Notes: generated from the sequence alone by a model not told the origin. Counted from the stretch's first letter, positions 51,297 through 62,691 are shown. The stretch: DNA of 64,000 nucleotides from a bacterium (GCA_023228325.1 JALOBK010000001.1:1925507-1989506); one strand, 5' to 3'. Translations and numbers: made by a program.

Positions 51297-52886
51297 TTAT
51301 TGTCTTTTATTCTTTTCATCTTTAAAAAGTTTATATTCGACACTATCTACAAGCGCTTCCCATGAAGCTTCTATAATATTTTCGGAAACCCCGACAGTGC
51401 CCCAAATATCCTTACCGTCCGTCGATTCAATAAGCACTCTCACTTTTGCGGCTGTTCCGCTTTTTGCATCAAGCACCCTGACTTTGAAATCTGTCAAACG
51501 CACATTCGCAATTTCGGGGTAAAACGGCGTCAGGGCTTTTCTGAGGGCATTGTCCAGCGCGTTAACGGGTCCGTCCCCTTCCGCGGCCGTGCGTTCTGTT
51601 TTGCCGTCTACATTGACTTTTATGGTCGCTACGGAAATTAATTTTTTGTCCGTCCGCTTTTCATCGATAACAGTGAAACCTTCCAGCTCGAAAAAGCTTT
51701 TATGTTTTCTAAGGACTTTTTTCATTAAAATGTCAAAAGATGCCTCGGCGGCCTCAAACTCGTAACCTTTCTTCTCAAGTTCCTTCAGATCAGCCAGTAT
51801 TTTTTTCGCCTCGGAGGATTTATCCTTAATGTCCAGGCCGTACTCAACTGCTTTTAACAGGACATTGCTTTGTCCGGAAAGGTCGGAGATCAGGATCCTT
51901 CTCTTATTGCCTACAAGTGAAGGATCCATATGTTCATAACTTGTCTTATCCTTTTGAACAGCGTTAACATGGACGCCGGCCTTGTGAGCAAAAGCGCTGT
52001 CGCCCACATAAGGCATCTTATTGTTATGCCTCATATTTGCCAGTTCGTCTACAAACCGCGAAATTTCCTTTAAATGTCTCAACTGGCCGGAAGAAACACA
52101 ATCAATTTTCATTTTTACTTTCAGCGCCGGGATTATTTCACAGAGGTTGGCGTTCCCGCTTCTTTCTCCGTAGCCGTTCATTGTCCCCTGTACCTGGACA
52201 GCGCCAAGTTCAACCGCGCTAAGTGAATTCGCGGTCGCAAGACCCGCATCATTGTGTGTATGTATTCCAAAAGGGACCTTAATCTCATGCTTAACCGCCT
52301 TAATAATATTCTGAAGCCTTGATACCAGTGTCCCCCCGTTAGTATCACACAGAACGATACAATCGGCTCCCGCGCGTTCGGCGGCCAGGATTGTTTCGAG
52401 CGCATAACGGTAATCAAGCTCAAAACCGTCAAAGAAATGTTCGGCGTCAAAAAAAACTTCTTTTTTCTTCTTTTTTAAATAATTTACCGAATCATAGATC
52501 AGTTTAAGGTTTTCCTCTTTGGATATCTTCAAAACATTTTTTACATGAAGAATCGAGCTTTTACCGAAAATAGTCACAACAGGCGTCCGGGCCTTTAACA
52601 GCGCCTGGATATTAGGGTCTTTTTCAACTTTATTTTTCGCCCTTCTTGTGCTTCCGAACGCAGAAATCTTTGCTTTCTTAAACTTAATTTTTTTAAGGGA
52701 ATCAAAAAAATGCATGTCCTTCGGGTTCGAACCCGGCCATCCTCCTTCAATATAGGCAATACCAATGTCATCAAACTTCCCGGCCATAAGCAACTTATCC
52801 GACACGGAAAAAGTAATTCCTTCCGCCTGGCTTCCGTCTCTCAGGGTCGTATCATATATTTCTACTTTATTTTTCATCGTTAACAC
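51297..52886 (-). CDS. cimA: citramalate synthase / 2-isopropylmalate synthase family (CimA-like, 529 aa)
   Basis: [14 protein letters not shown]-terminus of the DRE-TIM metallolyase; LeuA-dimer C-terminal regulatory domain. Confidence 0.75.
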   Translation of the reverse strand: MLTMKNKVEIYDTTLRDGSQAEGITFSVSDKLLMAGKFDDIGIAYIEGGWPGSNPKDMHFFDSLKKIKFKKAKISAFGSTRRAKNKVEKDPNIQALLKARTPVVTIFGKSSILHVKNVLKISKEENLKLIYDSVNYLKKKKKEVFFDAEHFFDGFELDYRYALETILAAERAGADCIVLCDTNGGTLVSRLQNIIKAVKHEIKVPFGIHTHNDAGLATANSLSAVELGAVQVQGTMNGYGERSGNANLCEIIPALKVKMKIDCVSSGQLRHLKEISRFVDELANMRHNNKMPYVGDSAFAHKAGVHVNAVQKDKTSYEHMDPSLVGNKRRILISDLSGQSNVLLKAVEYGLDIKDKSSEAKKILADLKELEKKGYEFEAAEASFDILMKKVLRKHKSFFELEGFTVIDEKRTDKKLISVATIKVNVDGKTERTAAEGDGPVNALDNALRKALTPFYPEIANVRLTDFKVRVLDAKSGTAAKVRVLIESTDGKDIWGTVGVSENIIEASWEALVDSVEYKLFKDEKNKRQ

Positions 52887-54104
52887 CTATTTTCCCGATA
52901 AATTAAAAACTTTGTGAAGAACCTGGACGGCTCTGTCAGCATTATCCCTTTTGACAACACATGATATCTTTATCTCGGATGTAGTTATCATCTCTATATT
53001 AATGCCGGCGTCGGCAAGTGTTTTGAACATCGTCGCCGCAACGCCCGGATGGCTTTTCATACCTACTCCGACAACAGAAACTTTCGCGATACTATCATCA
53101 AATTTCACGCCGCTTGAACCAGCCTTTAAAACAACCTTCTTTACCACGTCAGTCGCTTTGTTGACTTCATCCCTCTTGACCGTAAAAGATATGTCCGTCT
53201 TCCCTTTTTCGCTGACGTTCTGGACTATCATATCCACATTAACATTCGCATCCGAAAGCGATCCGAAAACAAGAGACGCGATTCCCGGTTTGTCTGTTAC
53301 TCCCTGTATAGTGACTTTTGCCTCATCGGTATCCGCGGCTATGCCGACTACAACTGGTTCTTCCATTTTATCAATCTCCTCGGTTATAATTGTCCCGCTA
53401 TTGTGATTAAAACTTGACCTGACATGAATTTTAACATTGTACTTTTTCCCGAATTCAACGGATCTTAACTGCATTATTTTTGCCCCAAGACTGGCTAACT
53501 CCAGCATGTCGTCATATGTTATTTTATCTATCTTTCTCGCATCATTAACTATTCTGGGGTCTGCGGTAAAGACTCCCTCCACATCGGTATATATCTCGCA
53601 GATATCGGCATTTAATGCCGAGGCAAGCGCTACCGCAGTGGTATCGGACCCCCCGCGGCCAAGCGTTGTGATATTTCCGTTTTCATCTACACCCTGAAAC
53701 CCGGCAACAATAACTATATTGCCCTTTAAAAGCTCTTCTTTGACTTTGTCGGGGAATATATTCAATATTCTGGCTTTTCTATGAGAGCTGTCCGTATAAA
53801 TGCCCACCTGTCCACCCGTTAAAGATATCGCCTGTTCCCCGATTTTATGTATCGCCATCGTCAGCAGCGCCGATGATATCTGTTCGCCGGTTGACAAAAG
53901 CATATCCATTTCTCTCTCGGACGGGTTATCTGAAATTTTTTCCGACAGGGATATCAGGTCATCCGTTGTATCTCCAAGCGCGGAAACCACGGCTATTACC
54001 TTATTCCCCTGTTTTTTTGTTTCCGTTATCCTTGCCGCGACATTCTTGATTCTTTCCGGATTTGCGACCGAACTTCCCCCATATTTTTGCACGATCAAAG
54101 CCAT
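52887..54104 (-). CDS. lysC: aspartate kinase with tandem ACT domains
   Basis: [11 protein letters not shown]-terminal motif; start taken at MALIV. Confidence 0.9.
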   Translation of the reverse strand: MALIVQKYGGSSVANPERIKNVAARITETKKQGNKVIAVVSALGDTTDDLISLSEKISDNPSEREMDMLLSTGEQISSALLTMAIHKIGEQAISLTGGQVGIYTDSSHRKARILNIFPDKVKEELLKGNIVIVAGFQGVDENGNITTLGRGGSDTTAVALASALNADICEIYTDVEGVFTADPRIVNDARKIDKITYDDMLELASLGAKIMQLRSVEFGKKYNVKIHVRSSFNHNSGTIITEEIDKMEEPVVVGIAADTDEAKVTIQGVTDKPGIASLVFGSLSDANVNVDMIVQNVSEKGKTDISFTVKRDEVNKATDVVKKVVLKAGSSGVKFDDSIAKVSVVGVGMKSHPGVAATMFKTLADAGINIEMITTSEIKISCVVKRDNADRAVQVLHKVFNLSGK

Positions 54105-54130
54105 TTGCAATTAACCTCTTTTGCCAAAAA

Positions 54131-55330
54131 TTAATGTTTAACGAAATAATCCATCAAGCGGTGCCCCGCTTCAAATTTCAGTGTCGGAGACTTACAGCAC
54201 TGTTCATCATAAGAAGTGAAAGCATCCTTTTTTATTCCCTTGCCGGACATACAGAAAGGAACAGGATCCCGCGTATGGGTCTTTAACGAAACCGGTGTCG
54301 CATGATCACATAAAAACAAAATACGGTAATCGCTGTCCCCCGAAAAATGCTCCGATATTTTTTTTATAATTTTTTCATCAATGTTTTCGATTGCCCTGAT
54401 TTTCTCTCTTATATCGCCGTTATGGCCGGCTTCATCCGGCGCTTCTACATGTATGAACACAAGGTCATTTTCAGATAAAGCCTTCAACGCGTATTCCGCT
54501 TTTGCTTCATAATCGGTATCATAATATCCTGTCGCCCCCGGAACATCTATCACATCCATTCCAAGCGCTTTACCTATCCCTTTCAGTAAATCAACCGCGG
54601 ATATTATTGCCGCATCCAAACCGAATTTTTCTTTAAACAACGGGATCGCAGGCAGCTTCCCCGCGCCCCAGAGCCATATCATATTAGCAGGATTTTCACG
54701 AAGGTCAAGCCTTACCGAATTAATATCCGTATCATGTAATATATCTGAGGATTTACGCATCAGTTTTATTAAAACTTTAGAACCTTTCCCCGAAGGGAGA
54801 TTCGCCGATACCGGTTTTCCGGATATATCATGAGGAGGTATACATTTCAATTTCGCGCCATCGGCTCCCAGCGCTTCTTCGCTGATTATCATAATATGCC
54901 TGTAACTGACGCCGGGATAAAATCTGACCCCCTCTGAACACATTTTTTCGTTTAATCTTTCTATTACCGACCTTGCCTCTTCGGTCTTAATGTGTCCGGC
55001 GCTGTAGTCCGCCATCAGACCTTCATCAACAGTAACAAGATTGCACCTGAAAGCTATTTCGCCCTTCTTTAATTCTATACCCCTGCTTAACGCTTCAAAA
55101 GGGCCCCGGCCGGAATAATATTTTAAAGGGTTATATCCCAGAATCGACATATTGGCGATATCGCTCCCGGGTTCAAGTCTGCCCGGCACGGTTTTCAGAC
55201 AGCCGCATATACCGTTTTCCGCAATCAGGTCTATATTCGGTTTTCTCGCCGCGCAGAGCGGCGTCCTGCCCTCTAATTCGGACAAACCGTAATCCGCCAT
55301 TCCATCTCCGACAATAACAATATATTTCAC
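54131..55330 (-). CDS. archaeal-type cofactor-independent phosphoglycerate-mutase homologue (COG3635-like), candidate non-orthologous homoserine kinase
   Basis: IVIVGDGMADYGLSELEGRTPL metalloenzyme N-terminus; GTG start; embedded between lysC and thrC-hom. Confidence 0.7.
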   Translation of the reverse strand: MKYIVIVGDGMADYGLSELEGRTPLCAARKPNIDLIAENGICGCLKTVPGRLEPGSDIANMSILGYNPLKYYSGRGPFEALSRGIELKKGEIAFRCNLVTVDEGLMADYSAGHIKTEEARSVIERLNEKMCSEGVRFYPGVSYRHIMIISEEALGADGAKLKCIPPHDISGKPVSANLPSGKGSKVLIKLMRKSSDILHDTDINSVRLDLRENPANMIWLWGAGKLPAIPLFKEKFGLDAAIISAVDLLKGIGKALGMDVIDVPGATGYYDTDYEAKAEYALKALSENDLVFIHVEAPDEAGHNGDIREKIRAIENIDEKIIKKISEHFSGDSDYRILFLCDHATPVSLKTHTRDPVPFCMSGKGIKKDAFTSYDEQCCKSPTLKFEAGHRLMDYFVKH

Positions 55331-55343
55331 AGTAATATCTCCG

Positions 55344-55359
55344 GCTCACGAAAGTGAGC
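55344..55359 (-). other. stem-loop (6-bp stem, GAAA-type tetraloop) in the 5' leader just upstream of the apgM-like RBS
   Basis: GCTCAC gaaa GTGAGC perfect hairpin about 15 nt upstream of the GTG start. Confidence 0.4.
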
Positions 55360-55469
55360 ATATCCAATCTAAACTCCTAAACAAAAAATATTTTAGTTTT
55401 CTAACCACACCCACCACAAAGCACTGGCGGGCAAGGATAAAACACTTAAAAAAACTCCAAACTTTCTTT

Positions 55470-55599
55470 AACCACAGATACACACAGATGAAAAAAGCAA
55501 AAAACATATAAATAGTTAAAAAATAAAAAACTATAACTCTTAAATTTTTCTTTTGTATCTAATAATCTTTATCTGTGATTATCTGAGCTATCTGTGGTT
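55470..55599. repeat. long inverted repeat built from CACAGAT(A) units around an AT-rich loop of about 80 bp
   Basis: aaccacagata (55470-55480) pairs with tatctgtggtt (55589-55599) for 11/11; cacagat (55482-55488) pairs with atctgtg (55571-55577). Confidence 0.6.
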
Positions 55600-55641
55600 C
55601 CAATTCTTTCTTATCTCTTTATTTTTTTACTACTGAACTCT

Positions 55642-56700
55642 TCATAGTCCGATAATTTTCAAAATTTCATTGATATCGGCTTTGCATGATATCGGCTCCT
55701 CGACGGATTTAATAGCCCTGTCGGGATCCTTAAGCCCATGTCCGGTGAGAGTGCATGTTACAACCCCTGCCGCATCTGAAAAATAACCCTCGTCAAATTT
55801 TTTAATAAATCCTGCCACGGACGCGGCTGATGCGGGCTCGCAGAACACGCCTTCCCGGGCCAATAATTTATATGCTTCAAGGATTTTCTCATCTGAAACC
55901 ATATCAATTAATCCGCCCGATTCATCTCTCGCCCCTTCTGCTTTTTTCCAGCTTGCCGGATTCCCTATCTTTATCGCGGTAGCGATAGTTTCAGGGTCTT
56001 TGATAATATGTCCTCTTACTATCGGAGCCGAACCTTCGGCCTGGAAGCCAAGCATTCTGGGTTTTAAAGAAATTTTGTTTCTGTTGAAATATTCGTTATA
56101 ACCCATCCAATAAGCTGTGATATTGCCCGCATTCCCGACAGGAATACAATGATAGTCCGGAGCGCAACCGAGAAAATCGCATATCTCAAAAGCTGCCGTC
56201 TTCTGTCCCTGAAGCCTGTAGGGATTTATGGAATTAACCAGTGTTATAGGATATTTGGAAGTTATTTCCCTGACCAGTTCCAACGCATCATCAAAATTAC
56301 CTTTTACAGCTATGACCCTGGCATTGTGTATAAGCGCCTGCGCCAGTTTTCCAAGGGCAATAGCGCCCTCGGGAATAAGCACTACACAGGTCATTCCCGC
56401 CCTGGCAGAATACGCCGCGGCGGAAGCGGATGTATTACCCGTCGAAGCGCACATAACGGCTTCGGATCCTTCTTCCAGCGCTTTTGATACCGCAAGAGTC
56501 ATCCCTCTGTCTTTAAACGAACCGGTGGGATTCGCGCCGTCGAATTTCAGAAAGACTTTAAGCTTTCCCCCGGAAAGCCCGGAAAGTGTCTTTGAAAAAA
56601 TAAGCGGTGTATTTCCTTCATTAAGAGAAATTACGGGGGTCTTTTCAGTAACGGGAAGATATTCTCTGTATTGATTTATTAATCCCTTCCACGGACCCAT
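55642..56700 (-). CDS. thrC: threonine synthase
   Basis: PLP-lysine motif FKDRGMT; 352 aa. Confidence 0.9.
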   Translation of the reverse strand: MGPWKGLINQYREYLPVTEKTPVISLNEGNTPLIFSKTLSGLSGGKLKVFLKFDGANPTGSFKDRGMTLAVSKALEEGSEAVMCASTGNTSASAAAYSARAGMTCVVLIPEGAIALGKLAQALIHNARVIAVKGNFDDALELVREITSKYPITLVNSINPYRLQGQKTAAFEICDFLGCAPDYHCIPVGNAGNITAYWMGYNEYFNRNKISLKPRMLGFQAEGSAPIVRGHIIKDPETIATAIKIGNPASWKKAEGARDESGGLIDMVSDEKILEAYKLLAREGVFCEPASAASVAGFIKKFDEGYFSDAAGVVTCTLTGHGLKDPDRAIKSVEEPISCKADINEILKIIGL

Positions 56701-57992
56701 TATAATCCTCCCACCCTATATACAACGGTTTTACCTTTGGTAACATCGAGCTTATCGATAATGCCGATTGCCTTACGCATATCTTTTTCATACGCTTTGT
56801 GAGCCAGGACGACAATCGGAACTGCATTCCCTTTATTTCTGCCTTTTTGGATAACAGACGCGATACTGATCTTATTATCTCCCAATATTCCCGCAATTTT
56901 AGAAAGGACACCGGGCTTGTCTAATACGGTAAACCTGAAATAATATTTACTTCTGATATCTCCGATATCAATTATCTTTTTTTCTTTATTGGGGAAATCC
57001 GGTATGAAAGGTTTCGATTTTCCGGATATTATATTCCTTGAAATATCCAGAATATCGGAAACAACCGCGCTGGCAGTCGGTTTTTCTCCGGCGCCCAGGC
57101 CATAATAGAGTATGTTGCCTACAAAATCCCCTTCGAGCAATATCGCATTATATACTCCCGCAACAGCGGCAAGCATGCCTTTATTATCAATCATCGTCGG
57201 GTTCACCCTCACTTCGATTCCGTTGCTTTTTTCCTTATAAACGGCAAGAAGCTTTATTACAAAACCGAGCTCTCTGGCATATTCAATATCAATTTGTTCG
57301 ACTTTTTCGATGCCTTCAACATTAACTTTACGGAGCTCGATCCATTTGCCCGAAGCAATGGAAGAAAGCAGCACAATTTTATGAGCGGAATCCATTCCGC
57401 TGATATCCAGCCCGGAGTCAGCTTCGGCATATCCTTCGCCCTTTGCCGCCTTTAACGCGTCTTTGAAAGAAACTTTCTCTTCTCTCATCCTCGACAAAAT
57501 ATAATTTGTTGTCCCGTTGATGATTGCGTATATCGAGAAAATTCTGTTCGCCGCCAGGCCTTCTCTGAGCCCTTTGATTATAGGGATCCCGCCGCCCACG
57601 CTTGCCTCAAAAAATATCTCGCGGTTATTCAATCCGGCGTGTTTGAAAAGCTCTTCCCCGTGTTCCGCAAGCAGCGCTTTATTCGCGGTAACAACGCTTT
57701 TCCCGTTCGAAAGCGCCTTTTTAATCAGGGTCTTGGCAGGTTCAATTCCGCCTATAAGCTCCACCACTATATCAATCGATTCATCATTAATGATCGCTTC
57801 GACATCCGATACCAGCATTCCTTCCGGAAGCTTTACACCCCTGTCCGTCTTTATGTCTTTATCCGCAATCCTCACAAGTTCAATAGGCGCGCCGAAATCC
57901 CTGCTGAAAACCCCGGTATTTTTCTGCAGATTTTTCACAACGCCCTTACCGACAGTCCCAAATCCTATTATTCCTACCCGAATATTTTTCAT
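56700..57992 (-). CDS. hom: homoserine dehydrogenase with C-terminal ACT domain
   Basis: [12 protein letters not shown] Rossmann N-terminus; 430 aa. Confidence 0.9.
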   Translation of the reverse strand: MKNIRVGIIGFGTVGKGVVKNLQKNTGVFSRDFGAPIELVRIADKDIKTDRGVKLPEGMLVSDVEAIINDESIDIVVELIGGIEPAKTLIKKALSNGKSVVTANKALLAEHGEELFKHAGLNNREIFFEASVGGGIPIIKGLREGLAANRIFSIYAIINGTTNYILSRMREEKVSFKDALKAAKGEGYAEADSGLDISGMDSAHKIVLLSSIASGKWIELRKVNVEGIEKVEQIDIEYARELGFVIKLLAVYKEKSNGIEVRVNPTMIDNKGMLAAVAGVYNAILLEGDFVGNILYYGLGAGEKPTASAVVSDILDISRNIISGKSKPFIPDFPNKEKKIIDIGDIRSKYYFRFTVLDKPGVLSKIAGILGDNKISIASVIQKGRNKGNAVPIVVLAHKAYEKDMRKAIGIIDKLDVTKGKTVVYRVGGL

Positions 57993-58145
57993 AATCTCCC
58001 CGCGATACTGTCACTATCCCAATATATAAACTAACCGAACATTTTACCATCTTTTATCTATATAACAAATATTTTATTTAAGATTATGCCGGCGCCCCGG
58101 CGGGGAGTTTTATCTCAGCCGTAAAGGATATAAAAAACAGAAAAA

Positions 58146-61100
58146 TCAATCCTGTGAAACAGCTTTATGGATGATTTTGCTTAAATCGTGCAATTTGAAA
58201 GGTTTTATAAGATAATCCTCAAAGCCGAACTTGCGGAAATTAGCCATCACCGGATCAAAAGAGTATCCGCTGGTAACAATCACTTTTGCGCCCGAATCAA
58301 TCTTTTTCAGGTATTTCACCGCTTCTTTGCCTGACATGCCGCCCGGTATCGTCAAATCCATAATAACAGCATCGAACTTCTGTCCGGAAGCCATAGCCTG
58401 TTTATATTTTTGCAAAGCCTCCGCGCCATCTATGGCAACATCAACATCATATCCTATGTATTCCAGCATTCTCTTCGCAATTTTTCTGACTCCGTCTTCA
58501 TCATCCATAAAAAGTATCCTGCCTTTACTTTTATATATCCTGTCTTTGACGCTGTTCTTTTTAGCGGCCCTGGAAACAGCGGGCAAATAAACCGTGAAGA
58601 CCGATCCCTGTCCCGGCTTTGATTCCACGGCAATCAGACCTTCATGGTTGCGGACGATTGAATAAGAAGTGGCAAGTCCCAGGCCCAGGCCCTTTGCTTT
58701 GGTCGTAAAATAAGGGTCAAAGACCTTATTGATATGATCCTCTTTAATGCCGATTCCCTTATCGGAAATGGTTATTTTTACGTACTTGCCTTTTTTCAGG
58801 TTGGCCGGCTTATTTCCTTTAAGCACGATATTTTCCGCGATTAACCTTATTTTTCCGCCCGCCGGCATCGCCTGCTCAGCGTTGATAATAATATTATTTA
58901 TAACCTGGCTTATCTGTCCCTCGTCTATTTTAACCGGCCACAGATTTTTTGAAATTCTTCTGTCACATTTTACGTTAGATCCTCTTACGGACAAAGAGAT
59001 GGAATTCTTTATCAACGCAGAAAGAAAAACAAGTTTCCTGATGGGTTTTCCCCCTTTGGAAAAAGTAAGAAACTGCTGGGTGATTTTTTTCGCGCTCAGG
59101 GACGCTTTCTCCGCTTCATCCATAAATTTATACAGTTTGCCGCCCGCATCCGATTGAATCTTGGCAAGAGAAATATTCCCAAGTATCGCGGTCAGGATGT
59201 TGTTGAAATCGTGAGCCATGCCGCCCGCCAGCACTCCTATCGATTCAAGTTTTTGCGCCTTCAACAGTTCATCCTGAAGTTTCCGCTGGTCGGTGATGTC
59301 TTTCAATACGGTTATCACCTTTTTGACCCGGCCTTTTTCGATGATAGGGATTTTCCATGTCTCGGTGACGATGGTTTCCGGCCCGAGCAGGTTCTTTTCC
59401 TCCGTTATTACGGGTTTCTCATCCTTAAAAACCTTCTTATACTGTTGAATTACCTTCTCACCTAAAAAAGGGTACACATCCAGAAGATTGAGGCCTATGA
59501 TATCCGTTTTAAGCCCGAACCTTTTATTCCATGAAAGCAACGTGCTGTTTGCTAATAAAACAGTCAGGTTTCTGTCGACAACATGCAAGGCATCGGTCAG
59601 GGAGTTGATTGTCGAGCGATACTGTATCTGCGATTCTCTCAGGGCGTCTTCAGCTTCTCTGCGATAAATTGTTTCAAGAGCCAGCGACATGTAATCAGAA
59701 ATTGAAGAAACAAAATTCTGCTCTTCAATCGTCCATTTTCTCCTGCGGCCTGTATGTTCATGGCAAATTATACCTACCAGTTTGCCGTGAAGCCTTACGG
59801 CTACATCCATTATCGAGCTTATCCCGTGTTCCCTGATATAGTCTGCGAATTCAGCGGTTCTTTCATCGTTTGCGGCGTCGGAAGCCGCAATACACCTGTT
59901 TTTTTCCAAAGACTCAAAATACCGGGGATATTTTCCAACAGTCAGTTTCATTCCTTTTTCATGGACAGCTTTAGCGGATAAGAACAGGTTTTCACAGATT
60001 ATTTCCGTATGTTCATCGTTAAAGAACCATATGCTTACGCGGTCCGTCTCAAGCGCGTACGAATCCATTTCGGTTATTTTTTCCAAAGCCGCGCTTATAT
60101 CGGAAAAATCGATCTTACCGAGTTTTAAAATAGTTTCCTGGAATTTCACAAACTGCGCGGACTTGTATCTCTGCTCCGTTACATCAACCATTGTGGATCT
60201 CATCCCGCATATATTGCCGCCCGTATCATATTCAAGGATATCATCAATAATAACATGAATTTTGGAACCGTTTTTCTTTACATATATACGGTCCTCCGAT
60301 TTCGGGATTTTATATCCGGTTATCTTTTTTTTAAACCGCGCTTTAGCATCTTTTTTCTGTGCATCAAGAATGAAATCAAAAATTGACCGGCCTATCATCT
60401 CCCCGGAGCTGTAACCTAGCAGATTCGCTTCAGTCCGGTTAACGGCAAGTATTATCCCTTTCTTATCCAGTAAATGGTAGGCGACAGGCGCGTTTTCCCA
60501 TAAATCGGTAAACTTCCTTTCGGAATTACGCATTTTTTCCTCTGCCACACTTTTATCCGTTATATCATTATATATGGCCACAATATCATCACAGGCCAGT
60601 TTATAAATATAGTTGTCTCTCCACCCTTTTATTCTGTCGTCGCTGTAATACAAAGACTGGATTCTGACCGGAAGCCCTGTTTTCCATACCTTTCTGAACG
60701 CTTTTACTATTCCCGATTTTTCAGCTCCCGGGAAAACATCGCCAATCCTTTTGCCGACAACGTTCATCCTTTCGATATTATCAATTTTTTCAGCCGCTTT
60801 ATTGAAATCTTTGAAGATAAAATCCCGGCCGTTTCCTACCACTTTGAAAACAGCCACTCCGCTGATCATGTTATTCAGCAAATCACGAAATCTTGTTATA
60901 TTATCCTTCAAAGTTTTAGCGGTGATTTTTTGTTCGCTGATATCGCGTAAAATTATTTCTACAGTCTTTCTGTTTTCTCCGTCTTTTTCAAAAGAAGCGT
61001 TTAAAATCACACATTTCCCTTTGCCGGACAGGGTCTGGAAATTGTACTCTATGCCCCGGATTGAATCTTTTCCGGCAAGAAGTTGGCTTATGGTCTTCTG

Positions 61101-61280
61101 ATCCGGGGAAATTTTGATTATATTGTCGAATAATTCCCCGCATATCCGGGAAGGAGTCAGGTTAAGCTGCAGAATTTCGGCAAGTCCGCGGTTGGCGTAG
61201 ATTATTTTTCCCGTATCATAATAATATACGCATACACCGTCTTTGGTGGATTCCAGCAGTCTTTTAAGAAAATCAGCCAT
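58146..61280 (-). CDS. hybrid sensor histidine kinase (multiple PAS, a GAF, HisKA, HATPase_c, C-terminal receiver)
   Basis: H-box HDFNNILTAILGN; G-boxes; C-terminal REC (ILFMDDE...VIMDLTIPGG); 1044 aa. Confidence 0.85.
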   Translation of the reverse strand: MADFLKRLLESTKDGVCVYYYDTGKIIYANRGLAEILQLNLTPSRICGELFDNIIKISPDQKTISQLLAGKDSIRGIEYNFQTLSGKGKCVILNASFEKDGENRKTVEIILRDISEQKITAKTLKDNITRFRDLLNNMISGVAVFKVVGNGRDFIFKDFNKAAEKIDNIERMNVVGKRIGDVFPGAEKSGIVKAFRKVWKTGLPVRIQSLYYSDDRIKGWRDNYIYKLACDDIVAIYNDITDKSVAEEKMRNSERKFTDLWENAPVAYHLLDKKGIILAVNRTEANLLGYSSGEMIGRSIFDFILDAQKKDAKARFKKKITGYKIPKSEDRIYVKKNGSKIHVIIDDILEYDTGGNICGMRSTMVDVTEQRYKSAQFVKFQETILKLGKIDFSDISAALEKITEMDSYALETDRVSIWFFNDEHTEIICENLFLSAKAVHEKGMKLTVGKYPRYFESLEKNRCIAASDAANDERTAEFADYIREHGISSIMDVAVRLHGKLVGIICHEHTGRRRKWTIEEQNFVSSISDYMSLALETIYRREAEDALRESQIQYRSTINSLTDALHVVDRNLTVLLANSTLLSWNKRFGLKTDIIGLNLLDVYPFLGEKVIQQYKKVFKDEKPVITEEKNLLGPETIVTETWKIPIIEKGRVKKVITVLKDITDQRKLQDELLKAQKLESIGVLAGGMAHDFNNILTAILGNISLAKIQSDAGGKLYKFMDEAEKASLSAKKITQQFLTFSKGGKPIRKLVFLSALIKNSISLSVRGSNVKCDRRISKNLWPVKIDEGQISQVINNIIINAEQAMPAGGKIRLIAENIVLKGNKPANLKKGKYVKITISDKGIGIKEDHINKVFDPYFTTKAKGLGLGLATSYSIVRNHEGLIAVESKPGQGSVFTVYLPAVSRAAKKNSVKDRIYKSKGRILFMDDEDGVRKIAKRMLEYIGYDVDVAIDGAEALQKYKQAMASGQKFDAVIMDLTIPGGMSGKEAVKYLKKIDSGAKVIVTSGYSFDPVMANFRKFGFEDYLIKPFKLHDLSKIIHKAVSQD

Positions 61281-61359
61281 TTGAGCACCACAGAAATAGT
61301 GACTTAAAATATAATTTTACCACAAAATAACGCGCTTGATAAGGGACTGCGTGAGTTTG

Positions 61360-62403
61360 TCAGACTTCCATTTCTACGCGGTTTCTTCCGTTATGCTTTG
61401 CCTTATATAAAGCAATATCGGCCCTTTTCATGATATCATCTTCTGTATCGCCTTTTACATACTGCGCCACGCCCAAACTGGCCGTGACATGAAGATTATG
61501 CTTAAAAATATGTTTGCTCAAAACTATTCTCAGTTTCTCGGCGACTATAAAAGCCTGTTTTAGCGTCGCTTCCAGGGCAATAATCGCAAATTCTTCTCCG
61601 CCAACCCTCGCGAAATAATCATTTTTCCTTATGCTTTTCTGGCAAATATCGGCAACCGACCTTAAAACGGAATCACCCACATCATGCCCGTAATTATCAT
61701 TTATTTCTTTAAAATAATCAGCGTCAAGCATAATGACGGCAAGTGATGAACTGTATCTTTCGGCTCTTCTTATTTCGTTTTTAAGATGGGAATAGAAACT
61801 CGCCCTGTTATAACATTTTGTCAAATTATCGTATACGGCGGAAAATTCGAGTTTGTCATGCACCCATTTTTTTACCATCAGGATTATCAGCAGGATCAGG
61901 AACAGGTTGACAATGGTGCCGAGCAGCACAAAATTCATATATTTAAATTTCGACTCGGAAACAAACTGAGCCTCAAAAACCGAGGTATTGGCCAGGCTCC
62001 AGCATTCTTCGCTTAAAATAAATATGTCCGTCCGGATACGGCTGTCCCTGTTTTTGTTATAAACATCCAATTTGTCCTTAAGGATACCCCATTTGCTTTT
62101 TAGTTCAAGTATCGAGTCAAAGAACGGCTTATCTTTAATGCCGTATAATTTAAACCTGTAGTTCTTTTCAAGGAGAAGATCAAGTATAACATCCGTTTTT
62201 TCTATTATCTCGCCGGCATCTTTTCCGCATAATTCAAGTTTTACCGACCTTTGTATCGAACCTCTTACGATACCCGTGTAATTCACAATCCTTGCGTCAT
62301 ACCTTATATAATTGGTTATCATGAAAAGAAAAAAACCATTGATTACAAAAAAAACGAGAAGAAGCAACGCTATGAGAATTATCTTTTTGGATACCTTAAC
62401 CAA
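61360..62403 (-). CDS. membrane-anchored diguanylate cyclase (TM, sensor region, GGDEF)
   Basis: canonical RVGGEEFAI A-site with RKND I-site five residues upstream; N-terminal TM helix; TTG start. Confidence 0.85.
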   Translation of the reverse strand: MVKVSKKIILIALLLLVFFVINGFFLFMITNYIRYDARIVNYTGIVRGSIQRSVKLELCGKDAGEIIEKTDVILDLLLEKNYRFKLYGIKDKPFFDSILELKSKWGILKDKLDVYNKNRDSRIRTDIFILSEECWSLANTSVFEAQFVSESKFKYMNFVLLGTIVNLFLILLIILMVKKWVHDKLEFSAVYDNLTKCYNRASFYSHLKNEIRRAERYSSSLAVIMLDADYFKEINDNYGHDVGDSVLRSVADICQKSIRKNDYFARVGGEEFAIIALEATLKQAFIVAEKLRIVLSKHIFKHNLHVTASLGVAQYVKGDTEDDIMKRADIALYKAKHNGRNRVEMEV

Positions 62404-62439
62404 ATATTTTCCCCGTAACTTGTTTTGTATTATTATATG

Positions 62440-62469
62440 ATTATACGGGAAAACGCATCATATGGGCAA
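62440..62469 (-). promoter_or_regulatory. putative sigma70 promoter of the GGDEF / hybrid-kinase operon
   Basis: on the minus strand TTGCCC, an 18-bp spacer, then a perfect TATAAT about 35 nt upstream of the TTG start. Confidence 0.4.
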
Positions 62470-62532
62470 GAATATCGTTAAATAAGAAGTTGAGCGGATA
62501 AGCGGTTCAACAGTTAGAAAAGCTGAACTCTG

Positions 62533-62605
62533 TATACTGCCACTAGTTAACAAAGAGCCGTTAGCTCTAACTTAAATTCCCCTTGACTAATGGGGGGCAT
62601 TACAT
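62533..62605. repeat. degenerate direct repeat A (agttaacaaa...gctaacttaaa...tggggggcattaca)
   Basis: shares block-wise similarity with repeat B at 62764. Confidence 0.5.
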
Positions 62606-62691
62606 ATATTTGGTATTACTATCCGTGATTGTCTGGGCATAATCACGTATAATAATAAAATCCATATATGTCAATAATTAATAGGCGCTGT

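Noticed and set aside
58096-58115. GC-rich palindrome GCCGG-cgcc-CCGGC as a terminator between the hybrid kinase and hom
   Set aside because: The stem is only 5 bp and there is no adjacent T-run on the relevant (minus) strand, so this is too weak to call.
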